A stretch of 64,000 nt of DNA from Podarcis pityusensis (Eukaryota), in assembly GCA_964106645.2 (NCBI GenBank), contig OZ067043.1, one strand, 5' to 3'. Made by a program: the position numbers and the translations under genes. Positions 34,350 through 48,827 of the stretch are shown one piece after another (position 1 is the first letter of the stretch; each line of letters opens with the position of its first letter). The notes below the pieces were generated by a model. It saw only the letters and a list, made by a program, of their open reading frames with translations, was not told the DNA's origin and did not search any database.

Positions 34350-37300
34350 ACCTAACGCTCATGTCACAATAAACCAATTAGCCCTTAAACTGCCATAGCA
34401 CCCTTGGTCTTATTAATTTTAATTACACGAGAATGCCTCAGAAATTCTCTGCTTTGGAATGTTTCTGTTTCAGTCCTGATCTGGTCTTCAGAGTTCCCTT
34501 CTTTTTTAAAAAACAACAACAGCAACAGACCATTCACTTCCAAGTCTGGAATTTATTTTTTTCTAGATAACATGAGTGTCTGCTGGTGATGTTCGTTGTA
34601 TATTCTAAGCAGTGATAGTTTTATCACTGAGTACGGGGTCTCAGCTGCTGCCTTTTCCGTGAGGTACAGTAGCTGTATATATGTGTGGCAGGAGAGAGAT
34701 AATTGGGTTTTTTTATGATAGAGAGAAGTTTGCAAAAATGTTAAATAAGCAGCATTGTGAGTGGGAGAACCCTAACAGTGGCAGAACCTTTCGTGATACA
34801 TTTGAACATGCAGCAAGCACATCCCAAATGCAGACAGGGTTAAATGTTGTACAGAGTCCCTGTGACCAGTTAGACAGCTACTACTGATCTCAGAATATCA
34901 ACATTAATTATTTCAGCTCTTCTGGCATGCGGTGTATTCCTTTTGACAAGCTGGGGCTTTCCATACCCTGGGCATGAAAGGCAGGCTCCTTTTCATACGA
35001 GCTCTGCTTCACCTGCCAAGGTGCAAGATAGTTGGAAGAGTGACTGTCGCTGGGGATATCTTGGCAGATTCCCAAACAAGGCATGGGCCGGCACACAGGG
35101 TGGTCTTCAGGCCCTTGAAGAACTACACAGGACTGGGCCAAGTAGCGAAGCAAAGTGTCTTCTGCTTTCCCTCTTTAGCTGGGATCTGGCTTCCAGCCAC
35201 TCAGTACCAAGAAGCTCCTTAGCTGTTGAGTTTGTTGAGCAGAGATAGGTCTTATCTCCCCAAGCCGCTTGCCAGCACAGGGTTTCCCATATCCAGTTAC
35301 CTTTCTAAGAACTTTGGGTTGATTCTGCTGTTTGGAAAGTGCACAAGACCATTCTAAGTAAAGTGGATGCGCTAATACCCATCAAGACAGAGGCACACTG
35401 GATTCTCGAGCCTGAATCAAAAAGCTACTCTTCCAGTTACTCTCCTTACCAGACCATAATTATCCGGGTGGAGCAGGACAATAAATGGTTGCCTTAATCC
35501 AGAAAAGCAACAACTATGCAAATCTCTCCCCAAGAGATGCAGCACTCCTTCTCAAGGCACATGCCTTCTCTACAAGGAAATTGGCTCCACACTATCCCTG
35601 TTGCTCATCTTTGTTTCAAGCTCAGAATTAATTCACTGACAGTGGCAGTGCAAGACCTTGAAGGCCCTTCTGCCTTCAGGGTAAATTCAAAAGAAAACAG
35701 GGCTCTAACCTGGTGAGCAGCAAGCTGCTTTGCTTTTGCTAAACCTATTTTTTGTGTATTAAGGTGACTCATTCAGCCAATGAACAAGGCACAAGACTTA
35801 AGCATATTTCTGTTCCAAAAGTCAAGGATGTGGGGAAATGGTGTAAACAGCACAAAATGAGTACGAAGCTTTAGCATCAGTTTGGAGGGGATCCAAAATT
35901 TCAGGGTTACACGTTAATGAAACTGGTTTGTTACCTACAATCATTCATAGAAAATGGAAGCTACAGCACAACTCCTCTTAAATTATGCAACGGACAACCA
36001 AAAATCTCCAGTTTAACCAGATGCTTCAATAAAAGTGCCATCTATGGAAGAGTACCTTGATGTATGGTTTCATTGGGGGTGGAGAAAAGTGAATTTGGAT
36101 AATGGATATTAAAGAGAATTTGATAAATGAGGTTTGGGGAATGAGATGTTGAGGTAGAAAATGTGAGCCAGTGTGGCGTAGTGGTAGGACCGCAGAGGGT
36201 TGGATTCAAATCCTTACGCAGACAGTGGTGAAGGTTACTGGGTGATTTGGACTGATCTCTCTCTCTCACTCAGCCTAATCTGTCTCACTGGGTGTTGAGA
36301 GAACAAAATGGGAGGAGAAAACTATGTACAGTGCCCTGAAAATTTTGGAAAGACTTAAATGTAATGAATTAGTTTTAAATATAAAAGTGGTGTCACCACT
36401 GCAAAAGCTGAGAATGCAATTCTAAGCATAATTACCTTAAAGTAAGTCCCTCTGAAATCAACTGGATATTTTTTGAGTATGTAAAGTTGGTTAGGATGAA
36501 GCTGCAACTGGGAGCAGGGAAGTATGGTAAGCCTTACCTCAGCCCCTGGTTTGAGGCTTACCTCAGTCCCAATGGCCTTCGGCCACCCTCTTAGCTTCAG
36601 CGCCATTGCCTCCCCTCTGCAATATGGGGATAATAAATAATATTCATTGACTCTGCAGAGCTCTTGTTATGAGGATTACTGAGATGCTATTGTGAAGCAG
36701 GCTGTATTGGTTTTTAAAACACACACCCTGCCACTAAGTTAAAAATGTGCAAGGCAACTTACAATGATTTTAAGGAGACTCACACTGACACGTTTAGCAA
36801 GTGTGTTTCTTGCAGTGGTGGCCTCTTCTAAAAGGGCATGTACACACACAAAAAGAAGGTCCAGAGGCAGAACAGAGGTCTCAGGTTCAGTGTCTAGCAT
36901 CTCCAGGTAGGGCTGGGAATATCCACTGTCTGAAACCCTGGAGAGCATAGATAAAGTCTGACTCAGTATAAAGCAGCTTCTTAACTTCCTGTGAGGTGAG
37001 ATGAGATGGGCTGAGGAGCAACAAGAGAGAGTGAGGCCTTCTGAGTGTAAAAGGAAAAAATGTTTTTGGTTGTGTTGTTTTTTTTTTAATCCAAAGCAAA
37101 TTAAATTTTGCTGGATTTTGTTTTATTCTGCTTTCATCAGCGGCTTACGTCTCCCCACCCACAATTTAATTTCTGCTTACATATTGTGTTTTGTTTTTGT
37201 GTCTTTTCAAAGCCAACCCAAAGGGATATAAGCTGTGCTTAGAAGTATGTCTGAACCAATAAGCTCAGGTTTGGACAAAATACTAAGCTGAACCATAGCT

Positions 37301-37423
37301 TAGCTCTGGCTAGCATGGTGGCAGCAGGACCAGGAAAGGAGAGCTGCAGCATTCAGTCAATGAAATCCCAAGCTTGCTCATTTGTTCTCAGCTGTGGTTT
37401 GGTTTAGCATCACATGCAAGCTG

Positions 37424-38820
37424 GACAAGCATCAAGAAAAACGCAGAGAGAAAAACCAAACCCTGTATATGGCATTTATTGACCTGACTAAGGCCTTTGA
37501 CACTGTAAATTGTAATATCCTGTGGACTGTCCTTCTGAAAATTGGCTGCCCAGATAAATTTGTGAACATCCTTCAGCTCCTCCATGATAATATGATAGCA
37601 ACCATCACAGATAACAATGGCTCTCAAAGTGAACCATTCACAGTGGTATCAGGTGTTAAACAGGGTTTAACTCTATTCATTATTTTAATTCCCATTGTCA
37701 AAGGGAAACTCCCCATTGGGTAGAAATCATATATCTAACAGATGGAAAGCTCTTTAACTTGAGTAGGCTGAAAGCAAAGAGTAAGATTACCATCACTTCC
37801 ATCATAGAGCTTCAGTATGCTGATGACAATGTAGTGTGTGCACACCCAGAGGATGACCTCCAAACCATCCTAAATATTTTTGCAGAACCTTACGAGAAGC
37901 TTGGCCTATCACTCAACATCCAAAAAAACCAAAGTGCTGCACCAACAAGCACAAAACAAAGTCTCTGCAGTGCCACAAATCCAACTCAATGGTGTAATGT
38001 TGGAAAGTGTCAATCACTTCTCCTACCTGGATAGTTATCTTTCCACAAGGGCCAACACTGATGTCGAAATCCAGCATCGCCTGAGCTCTGCGAGTGCAGC
38101 TTTCTCCCGATTGAAGCACAGAGTGTTTGAGGACCAGGATATTCGCAGGGAAACCAAAATGTTTGTTTACAAAACTATTGTACTACCAACCTTACTTTAT
38201 GCTTGTGAAACATGGACCACTTACAAATGCCATCTCCAACTACTTGAAAGATTCCATCAGTGGTGTCTCCGTAAAAATTTACATATCATTTGGGAAGACT
38301 GGTGAACTAATGCCATTGTACTGGAAGAAACAAAGATCACCAGTGTCAAAGCAATGATTCTTCAACATCAACTTCATTGGACTCGTCATGTTGTTCGGAT
38401 GCCTGAATACTGTCTCCCAAAGCAACTACTCTATTCTGAACTTTAAAATGGAAAGCGTCATGCTGGTGGTCAATAAAAGAGGTTTAAAGACTCTCTCAAG
38501 GCAAATCTTAAAAAGTGTAGTATAAACACTGACACCTGGGAAACACTGGCTTGCAAGTGCTCCAATTGGAGAACAGCCTTTACCAAAGGTGTCAGGGGCT
38601 TTGAAGACGCTCAAACTCAGGATGAAAGGGAGAAATGTGCTAAGAGGAAGGCACGCTTGGCAAACCTTCACCGTGATCAACTCCCGCCCAGAAACCTATG
38701 TCCCCACTGTGGAAGGATGTGTGGATTGGCCTCCAAAGTCACTTACAGACTCACTGTTAAGACCATGTTTATGGAAGACAATCTTACTTGGCTCCGAGTG
38801 ATCGCCAAAGAAGAAAGAAG
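37424..38820 (+). mobile_element. RTE-clade LINE fragment with frameshifted reverse transcriptase
   Basis: Peptides YMAFIDLTKAFDTV, GVKQG, LQYADD, VLPTLLYACETWT and a C-terminal CPHCGRMC, spread over broken frames; GAA-repeat tail. Confidence 0.9.
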
Positions 38821-39710
38821 ACACAGTTGGCATGTGGTCCGTGACTGATTATCGTTGAAGGAATGCAGCCCTGAGTAGAAAGAAAATAGCCTGTTGGTGG
38901 TCTATTTGAAAGGGGTTTCATAGGGGCCAAGGTATAAAGTTACAGAATCCAAAATAAGGTGTGTTTTTTTATTATGATCTCTGGTTTATGTGTTCCGTAG
39001 AACTAGAGTACCTTTGAAATAAGAAATGCCTATCATGTTCCATGAAGTTGGATTGTTGCAGAATAGGAGACATAATTAAATGGAAATTATTTAATTATTT
39101 GATGCCTAGAAGCAGGTGAGCACAGAGGTGTGCATTTCTATGGGTTGTGCCTTCCAATCAGCTCTTGCACCAGAGTTTTTAGACTTCTGTGAAAAAGAAT
39201 GTGTAATTATTCCTCGTTTCCCAGACCAGGAAACAAGGAAAGGATGTGAACAGACTTGATCCAAGTCACTACCATAAGGAGTAGTCAGCCCCTAGACTTT
39301 TTGCTTGCCATGAAACACACTGGGTGACCTTGGGCCCATTCACTCACTTTCTCAACCTAAACTACTTCACCAAGGCTAGAATAAACTGGGAAAATTTACA
39401 TCCATGTATACCACCCTGAATTATGTGGAGACAAGAAAGTGCTTATTCGTAAAATATTTTGCTAACAGAGCAACCCCGACTTCTCAGATGAACTGCCTGG
39501 ACAGGGTGAGGTTTGCCCATGGGAGCCTCCCCAGCAGCAAAGATGAGTTCCACCAGTGGAAAAGGTGCATCTCTAAAGCCAGCCGTGTTCCCAGTGGCAG
39601 TGGCTGCCATTAGGCCCCCAAACAGGGCATTCCCTGGGGTTGAGACTATGGCAGGATAGCCTATGGCCAGCCTGGAGCTACTGTAAACAATTCCAGCGAT
39701 TATAACCAAT

Positions 39711-39762
39711 GGAGGAGGAAAGAAGAAGAAGGAGGAGGAGGAGGAGGAGGAGGAGGGAGGGG
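39711..39762. repeat. (GAA)/(GGA)n purine-rich tract
   Basis: Directly visible. Confidence 0.85.
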
Positions 39763-42700
39763 GTGAAGGCTAAATAGGCCCACCTTCCATCTCCTCAAAC
39801 AATCCTGGCTAGCAGGAGTCTGCAGAGCTTTGGAAGTGGTGATAGAGCTGCCGTTTCATACAGATACAGCAGCCCTGCTTAGGGTTGCACGTAAATTCAA
39901 GGAATTTGCTGCCACAAGAAGCAGTAATAGCCAATAGCTTAAATGGCTTTCAAAAGAGGATTAGCCAAATTCTATCAACAGCTATTCCACATGATAGCTA
40001 AAGGGAGCATCCAGGGTCTGAGGCAGTCTACCTGCTGGAGGAAAGATGGAATTTTTTAAAAATATGAATAGTATTATTAGCATTCATAGCAGTAGAACCT
40101 GAGATTACATATCCTACTTGGGACTTGCATACACCAGAAGCTGCTCCTCCCCAGAAGCATTGGGCTCTAGGAGTTTGATTGTAGGGAATGGGTCACTTTG
40201 GGGGCGGGGGAGGCCTAGTCTCAAGCGCTCCACCTCCATGACTTGGGGTTTCACACACATACAAAAGATTTCTACATAGCAACCATTTCTTTTTGCTTGA
40301 CTCACAAGTCCTTCTTATCTTTGAAATGGGTTGGGTACTTAGCATTACTGGTGATACATAACCTTTCAAAACACCCTCTGAAACAAAAGAGAATACTTGG
40401 GTTCATCTACTACCATTATAGCCCCCTCAGAACAGCAATTAACTGTCTCTATGCCGTTGTTTTTAGCCAGCGTTGCCAGCTTAAACTTTGTGCTCTGAAA
40501 AAACAGCAGGGCCTTTTGTGAGCATTGTCTAATTGTCACCTTTGAGTCAGTATAACCAAACCACATGTAAAGGCGGGCGGGTGTTCACATCATAAATGTG
40601 TCTCTTAAAAACAAAGCAAAGAAAAAACTACTTCACGTAATATTGCACTCCCCAGAAAGAACTGCTTGAACTAACCATTTATCAGGTGTAGATTAATACA
40701 GCCACAAATGCTGTGCCTAGGCAGTGGGGTCAAAATGAAAGTAAAAACAACTAGAAGAAAATGAAATTCAACCTAGAGTGGCCTCAGATTAAAGGGAGAT
40801 TCACTTATCAAGGCTTGGCAGGTCCTTCCCTTGGATGGAAAGAAAACAATCTTATCAGGAGTAGCATTCATTTTCATTTGTAAGGAGTTTCAGAGGTGGT
40901 GGGGGAACTCCAAATTTTGCTCCAATCCAGGGTGGTAACACACTCCTTTAGGGGGAGAAACAGATTGAAGTCCTGAAAATCAAATTATGTATGCAACTAG
41001 CTTTTCTGGAGGCTATTTGATTAAATCATTACTTGATTAAATCAAGTAATTGTTCTGATGGAATTTACCTGCAAGTTCAGTCATTGTCGTTGAGAACCAT
41101 CACTATATAAGAAGCTAATTAATCTCTTTCCTCAGCCTATTCCAAAGCTATCTCATAAGAGTCTTTAGGATTACAGCCCTGCAGTTGGTTCAGTCTAGAA
41201 CTATTTAAATAAACAGGAAAATAAATGGGGATTTCAGTTGGACTCATGTGACTGTAATGTGATTGGACCTGGGGGCTTCTAACAAAAATATTTGTGTGAA
41301 AATTCTGGGCACATGCTTATCAGAAATTAAACCAAATTGGAACTAATTTTATACTTATTCAGTTTGTTTCTGTCAATTTGTATTCAAATGGTACAATAAT
41401 AGAGGCTAAGTAAGAGTGCCATTCTCTCCTGGGGACTAGAGAGAAGCAACTTAGTGAATGGGTCATGAATCTCCTTTGAAACCTTTAATGGTTACAGACA
41501 TACAAAATATCAATTAAAAATTTCCATACTAGAAAATTACAGCCCCACCTATTATTAGGAAGAAGATTTATTATTATGGTTATTTTCCAGGACTATAAAA
41601 GGCAAACAGACTGAAATGGCTAGAAGGGCACGAACTCTCCTTGTGTCTGTGTATTAGCGCGCGCACACACACATGTTCAACTGCAATGTAATCAGACCTC
41701 TTGGCATTATGAACTGAACAGACATTACCAAACATATAATTAAGGCTACAGTCTCAAGTAAACCTACAAGGAGTTCAGACATTAAGCTGTATGAGACTTA
41801 CTTCTAAGTAAACAAGGTTATGATTTTATTATAAAGGTACAGTCCAGATTCCACTGAAATCAACTGAAAAACTGCCATTGATATCAGTGCAATATGGTTT
41901 CCCTTTTCGTCTCTGCTGCCTACCCAGGCATGCACACACTTTCATGGAGAAGCACACACATACTACAGTTACTTGGACTATTCTATGTTGGAACATTTTC
42001 ACTTTGATCATGTTCCTTGATGCAGTGGTAGTTCTGCCACTTCACTGCGCATCCCTTCGACTCTTTGTTATAGAATTCACTGGCCCTGTGCATTTCTCTT
42101 TATATACCCCTGTTATTTTTAACTCTGCCTACGCAAATCCCAGATCCGGAATGAGCTGCGGCTCAGGGCCAAGGGGAAATGGACACGGCACAAATTTCCT
42201 GCCCTTTTTACCTCTCTTCCTCTATAACATGCTAAGAACAACTTTATTTTCTCCTACTCTTAACTTTCACTGTTCCAGGAAAGCTTGCTGGCAGCCCAAA
42301 TGAGTATAAGAAGGAAGAGGCCCCAGGGTCCGAGTCCTTCAGATGGAGAACAGCTTAGCCCAGCCAGGCCCTGTGATTGTAGTGTCTTCAAGGGATGTTG
42401 AACACCTATTGGATAAGGGATCTGTCAGGACAAAAGGTCAGCCTGTGAAGCAACAGGTACAACCTGCTCCAGGCCAGGCAAGCAGCAGGAGGAAAGCACA
42501 AAAGAATAGAGAGACAGATGTGCACACATCTAAGGGGGCAGGTGCATTTCAACCTGTCCAAACATATGAGTTGCCTTCCACCCTGCCTAGGCCACTTGCC
42601 ATCCCAGCTGCTTCCCCAGTTGGGTGGAAGGTGAACCCATAGGAGCAAGCTAGCTTTTGTCTTCCCAGGTTAGGATATTGCTTCATCACATTGAGATAGT

Positions 42701-43111
42701 TGCTGTTAATGGCATATTAACAGATATGTCCATGATTTTCAAGTAGTCAAATTTGCAAGTAAGCTCAAAAGAGGCCATAGCAGATGTTATCTCTTCGTTC
42801 AAGCACTCCCATTACCAACCCAGATATCAAAGTTTTACTACTAGTACTGTTCTATAGTACATTTCAAGAGCTCTGAGTACTTTTTATATCTCATCTTAGT
42901 AATTCTTACAACCACCCTGGAGGGTAGGCCAAGTATTGTTACTTTCATATTACACTGACTAGGGTAGTGTCTTTGTACTACTGCATAATTTGCCATGCTT
43001 TTGTCAAATCCACTGCATGGTTAACCTGAACCATGAAGTCTTCATAGTTGTCACACTCACATCGGTGGGTGTTATATATGTACACATTTGCCTGCTTGTG
43101 ATATGTTAAGC

Positions 43112-43507
43112 CAGTGGTTTTCAACCAGTGTGCCATGGCACCCTGGGGTGCCTTGAATGATGGTCAGGGTGCTGCGGGCAACACTGGCCTCTGTCCCTCA
43201 TTCCTTCCCTTCTTCCTCTGATGCCCTCTCGCGTCTCAACCTCCCAAAGGCTTGTGTAGCTGTTTGTTGCACCAGCCCTGGCTATAATCACCCAGGCAAA
43301 TGGTGCCTCTGGGAGGCACCCCTCTTTTTTTGCAGCTCAGAGACCAGGGGTGGCTGCGGCGGCTGCCCAGGGGACTCCCAAGGAGAGAGGAGAGGAGGCT
43401 GAGGGAACAGGGGCAACATAACAGGGCTTCTGAGCCCCGCAGGGCTGGCCCAGAAAGAATGTAGTTGGTCAAGGGAGCCATGGACTCAAAAAAGTTGAAA
43501 AACTCTG
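43112..43507. mobile_element. hAT-type non-autonomous DNA transposon
   Basis: TIR cagtggttttcaac / gttgaaaaactctg; degenerate 8-bp TSD. Confidence 0.7.
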
Positions 43508-44229
43508 CCTTAATCCTTTAAGATCATAAGGAGAGTCTTGTGAATCAGGCCAAAGATACATCTAGTCTAGCATCCTGTTTTCTCAGTGGCCAGACAGATG
43601 CTTATGGGAAGCACTTGATAATACACAGAGGTGAGCCCTACTTAAAATCCAAATTTTAAATCAAGTGAATTAATCACATTCATTACTTGATTAATGTCTG
43701 CCACCCAAATTCAGTGCAAATATACATATGATATCTGTAGAACGAGGGTGGTAACCTTTTTCAGACTATGCAGACTAAAGTGTGTGAACTGGCTATTTCA
43801 TTGTAGCCAATTGCTCACGTCAACTGAAGGCCCCCCACAAATGTCACTGTTCATGTATCGTGTTTCCAATACATTATGTCATGCAGTCTTGAGCTGCATT
43901 AAATCACATAGCTCAAAACTAAGTATGTTTACTCACCACTGAATTCTGTCCATATCAAAAGTAAATGGGCAACCTTATCAACGGGTGTGTGTGTATTTCA
44001 CTCCAAATCACACTGTTACAGGTGTATCACACCTGCTAAAACACCATTTGATGAGATTACCAGAGATGGCTTAATGCAAAGTTTAAAAAATAATTATCAT
44101 AACACTATAGAGTTGTTGGAGGATAGGTCAACCATTGCTACAAGCCACAGAGGTTTGGTTCCAAGTCCACTGTCAGAGGCAGTAGGCTTCTGAATATTGG
44201 TTGCTGGGAATGGACTGTGCATGAGAAAG

Positions 44230-44700
44230 AAGAGATTGAGATAGAGATGCATTCTGCTATAATGCCTGTTTCTCCAGGGAGCTTCAACAGCTCAAGCTGG
44301 GAGCTTTTATAGGAGCTGAAGAATCCACCCATTCCTGGAACTCAGCCAGACCCTAATCTGGACAGGTTTCTCCCTCCTTTCAAGTAGCCTCATGTGCAGC
44401 TAGTGGTGGCTCTGGAACTTCTGTCTAGCTCCCTGTCTCTTCTGCTGCTGGGGGAGGTGGGCAGTGGTGGGTCTGAGAGCCAGCAAGAAATCCAGGTAGC
44501 TGGTATGAGGACCTCCAGTCCTGGGGTAGGATTGTCCAGTTCTGAGCCATTGGCAGTATGGAGATATGCTAGGGTTCTGTTGTCCCTGTTTCTCATCCAA
44601 TGAGATCTCTGGTTCCAGGGCTGGGCAGAGATGGCCCCTTCCAATCCAGAAAGCATGGAAGCAGAGTATCTCCTACATTTTTTTTGGAATTCTAAATGGC
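44230..44700 (-). mobile_element. Possible solo LTR remnant
   Basis: Minus strand shows a purine-rich cagcagaagagacag segment followed by a TATA box (cctataaaagc). Termini and TSD were not identified. Confidence 0.3.
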
Positions 44701-45699
44701 TTCTGTTTGGGCCCGTTGGGAGAAAGCAAGAAATCAGCATAGTGCACGTTTACCACACCATGATGACCGCCTAGTCCTGATTCAGTTACTGAAACAATGA
44801 GCAGAAGGCATTAAAATTCTCAAAAGGAGACTTGACCAGCAGACATTATTTCTGAATCTATTGCCTTCTCCTCCAACTCACCTCTGTGTATTTTGGTAAC
44901 ACTGGAATGCAGTTTCCCAGCCATCTTTGAATTAATAATGAATTATTATCTTATGGTATCTGGGGCATGGATAATTCTTACATCTTTGCCGTTAAGGTGG
45001 CAGATCAATATTTAAATAAGAAGGACCTTGTGGAGTTTTCCCATGGGATTTCTTTATGAAGATGGATCTTTGCCATGGGTACCTGTGAGTAGCTAGAAGA
45101 TCATTTGTTCTATGGAATTGCTGAGTCTCTTAGGCAGTTATGTGGCAGTAGTGTGCTCTATACTGCAAGCCATAAAGCAAGGCACACCTGGCTTTCAAAC
45201 TCAGTAGCCTCTTCTTACTCACCTGCTAGAGATGGAGGCTGTGCTGAATTGCAACAAACAGAAGCTGAATGAAACACATGTATATCCCTGAACATCAGGG
45301 ATGGCTAACCTGTGACCCTCCTAGTGTTGGTCTACAGTTCCCATCATGCCTGAGAATTAGCTATGCTGTCTGGGACTCATAGGTGCTGGAGTCCAACTAC
45401 AACTGAAGGGCCAACTGGTTAGCAACCTCTGCCGTACATTTTCAGTTTCTCTACTGTTTTCCAGTTGTATGAACCCAATAGTTGCTGTGAAAGTTCATTC
45501 AGCACATACAGAGTTAAACAATCACACAATATTAACTGCTCAGCTTATAATACTCCTACAGGGCAAGTTATCCAAGCACACACCCACACTATATGTAAAA
45601 AAGTTCTTTTAGATAACAACGAGTAAGAAAAACAACAACCCCAACTTAATATCAGACATGTAACATATGCTCGGGCATTCTGTTTGCCCTTCGCAGCAC

Positions 45700-45728
<29 letters not shown>
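45700..45728. repeat. (CA)n microsatellite
   Basis: Directly visible. Confidence 0.95.
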
Positions 45729-45731
<3 letters not shown>

Positions 45732-47119
45732 TAGACAGCCTTGGTCAGGCACAAAAAGTCTAGATGGAACAATATCCTTCTCCTGATCAGGGAGCAAGCC
45801 GCTTTCATGTTGCATTACGTAAAGCTTCCTCCCTCTGTACCAGGAAGTGTCATTTAATTATCCAGCTTTCATATTGGTAAATAGGTTTGCTACACATCAC
45901 AAAAGGGTTGCAATTTTTGGAAGCAGGTTTGTTCACTGTTCAGATTAGCTAATCTCTTGGGGCTCAGGTTCCAAAACAGTTTCGGTTGCTAATAAGCAAG
46001 GAAAAAAATTAGGGACATGCTTTTCGTCTTCTTTCTTTTAAGAGATCCATTGCTGTTTTCCTCACTCTCTTCCCACTTTCAAGTGCTTAGCAGGGAACTT
46101 TGGAGTCTTCATCTTCATCTTCATCACCTTCTGCCCATACTAAAAAAAATAATGCACAAATATATGTCACTGAGTTCATTACCTGAGATCAGTTCCTTTC
46201 TTCAGTTTGGGCCATTTTATTCAGTTCTACAAGTGTGATTGGCAATAAAATGTGGTTGTATGGAGGGTTCCTATTCAGATTTCTAGTTAGCCAGGCATGC
46301 TATTTTCTAGGATACTCTATTTAAATTTGTTTCCCTGGTGTTCTATTTCCCCCCACCATTCATCATTATCTGGGCACTGAGCACTGGGCTGTTTTGGGGT
46401 TATAATTTCCTCAAGATGCCCCCTCAAAAAAAAAAAAAAAGTTGTGCTTCTGCAAGTTATGAGATTTCCCCAAGCCTTCTGAGTTCTCTCATGCATGCAT
46501 TATGCCATTTTTAGCTATATAATGCTCAACATTTGGAGAATAGGTTCACTTGCCCTAAAATAAATCATCTTATACTCTCAAGTAGTGTGTTTCTCCTTAA
46601 AATATGATAGGTGTTGTTAATATATTATTATTTATTAAATTTATATACCCCCCTTCATCCGAAGATCATGGGCGGTTTACAGTATAAAAACACAAAAATA
46701 CATAACATAATAACAAATAAAACAATAACAAAGCGATGAGATGGCATGCAGTTTGTTTAATCATTCACTGTTAGTTGGCTGCAAGAATGCTGCTGAGATG
46801 TTATGTTGCTATTTGCTTTTGCTTTCTTGTCAGTTTGATTTCCAGCATCCGGTTTGCATTCTTTGAGCTAGACTTTTATAGCAGGCAATTGCTGCACATG
46901 TAGCCTGTCCCAGAAGAGGACAACCATTCAAAACCCTTATTCCTGCTTTAATTCCAAACATGATACTCAGGCACTTATTGTAAAAGGGGTGCAGTGGCAG
47001 GAAACTTGCTGGGGATCATGAATGGGAGAGTGCTGTTGCACTCATGCCATACTTGTGGGTTTCCAATTAACATCTGGTTAACCACTGGCAGAGCACTGGG
47101 AGGCTCTCTGAAAGAGTGT

Positions 47120-47510
47120 CTTATCCCATGTCAAGATCAGCAAGGGGTTTTTGTGACTTCTCCCAGTCAAGGATATATGAAGTGAGGGGCCCAATAGCAT
47201 GGCCTTTTCGGTGGTAGCTACAAAACTCTGGAATGACCTCCCTATGGAAAAACATCTTGCTTTGTGGTTGCTTTAATTGAGGAGACAGGTAAAGATGCAA
47301 CTTTTCCACCAGGAGAGGAAGTACGATATAAGTATAGGCACTGCAGAATGATGTAATTGTTGGAACTGCTGAATGTTTGCTGATGTTACTTTAGTTTGCT
47401 GTTTAAATCACTTTAATGTTTTATATTAGGTATTTATGAAGTCTTTAATTTGTAAACTGCCCTGTGTCCATTTGGCAAAGGGTGGTATAAAAATCTGTAA
47501 ATGAATAAAC
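47120..47510 (+). mobile_element. Degraded L2-like 3' fragment (others near 8395-8525, 52150-52440, 58235-58440)
   Basis: ggccttttcggtggtagctacaaaactctggaatgacctccc motif and gggtggtataaaaat...aataaa tail. Confidence 0.55.
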
Positions 47511-48827
47511 AGAGTGCTGGACTGGTTGGTCCTTTAATCTGTTCTTAGCTGGTATATCCCACGAGCCAAACACAATTGATAGACGACAAATTCATCTTAC
47601 GACTCACTTCTGGCCTTCTGGCATTTTTAGCTTTAGCCAGTCTTCCAAATACTAACTTTACAAGAAGTGGGAAACTAGCAATATACAAATTCCATGGCCC
47701 ACAGGTTTCTTTCCAGTCTTTCTCTTGGTCCAGAAAAAAGCACCAGTCAATCTAGCTAGTACCGTAATATGCAGAAAACCCAGCAGTGACAGCATTATCT
47801 ATCCCACTAAAGTTTTTTTGCAGGGTTACATTAAGGCTAAATCACTGAGGCAGGGTCACAGAGATAGGAGGAGCAAGTGGGACCTACAACAAAATGTTGT
47901 AGTAGTGAATGCTCTTCAGTTTTCCAGCTAGACATACCTTCCTTCAGGGTACTTCAGTGTGTTCCACATGAAGGCGTGTGCACACAAACACACACAGGAT
48001 TCCAAATGACACAATATTCTATTGTCAGTCCTCACTAGTCTGTTTTTAAGGGAGTTCATAAAATTTATATGCCGCTTGTTTGGGGAGGAAACCCCTCAAA
48101 GCGGTTTACAAAAGATAAATTGGCCACTTAGGTTTTTTGGTTTTTTAATTACTTCTGCACACCTTGAGGTACTGCCTTCCTCAGCAATGCTGATGCCTCC
48201 CTCTTGTTTCTCAGTGCCTTCCTTTGGGCTGTCAGTTATCATCATCTGAGGTGGCTGTTAAAAGGAGAGCATATCTGCTATCTGGAAGGGCATCTTAGGA
48301 CTGCCTCTTGAGCCGGACAAGTCATGCACCTGAAATTCTCCTCATCCACCTGCACAGTACAGAAGGAGAAAAAGATGGTTGGGAGTCTGAGGCTTTCATA
48401 GAAGGCAACAACTAGATGACTAGAAACATGTGAGGAAAGCAGCCAACAAATATTTACTTTCACAGAGGTCTGATGCTCTTAAGAAACATTTTCTTAAGAG
48501 AAGTCTCTCAAAATTCAAATACTTTCCTTCTCACAGTTTGCTTTCTCAGAACATTTTCCATCATCTCTCATGTTCAGGTTGATTGGATATGTTGTGTGTG
48601 TGTTTTATATGTATCTTAAAGCCACAACAAATATTGCATTAGGGTTTTTTTTTTTATGTATAAAAAAAATCCTTGGCTGTTGAATAGCAGGTGTGGTTCT
48701 CACTCCACGCCAAAACCAACAGTCACTGTGTAGCAAATAACCCTATGAGCACAACACACACACACAGCCCCAGAGAGATGTCAGTCAGAGAGAGGAAAGC
48801 AGGCAGGCTTCCTAGATAGGACTCATA

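Noticed and set aside
34908-35248. Cluster of 80-100-aa ORFs as an exon of a neighbouring gene
   Set aside because: No recognisable domain or consistent splice structure.
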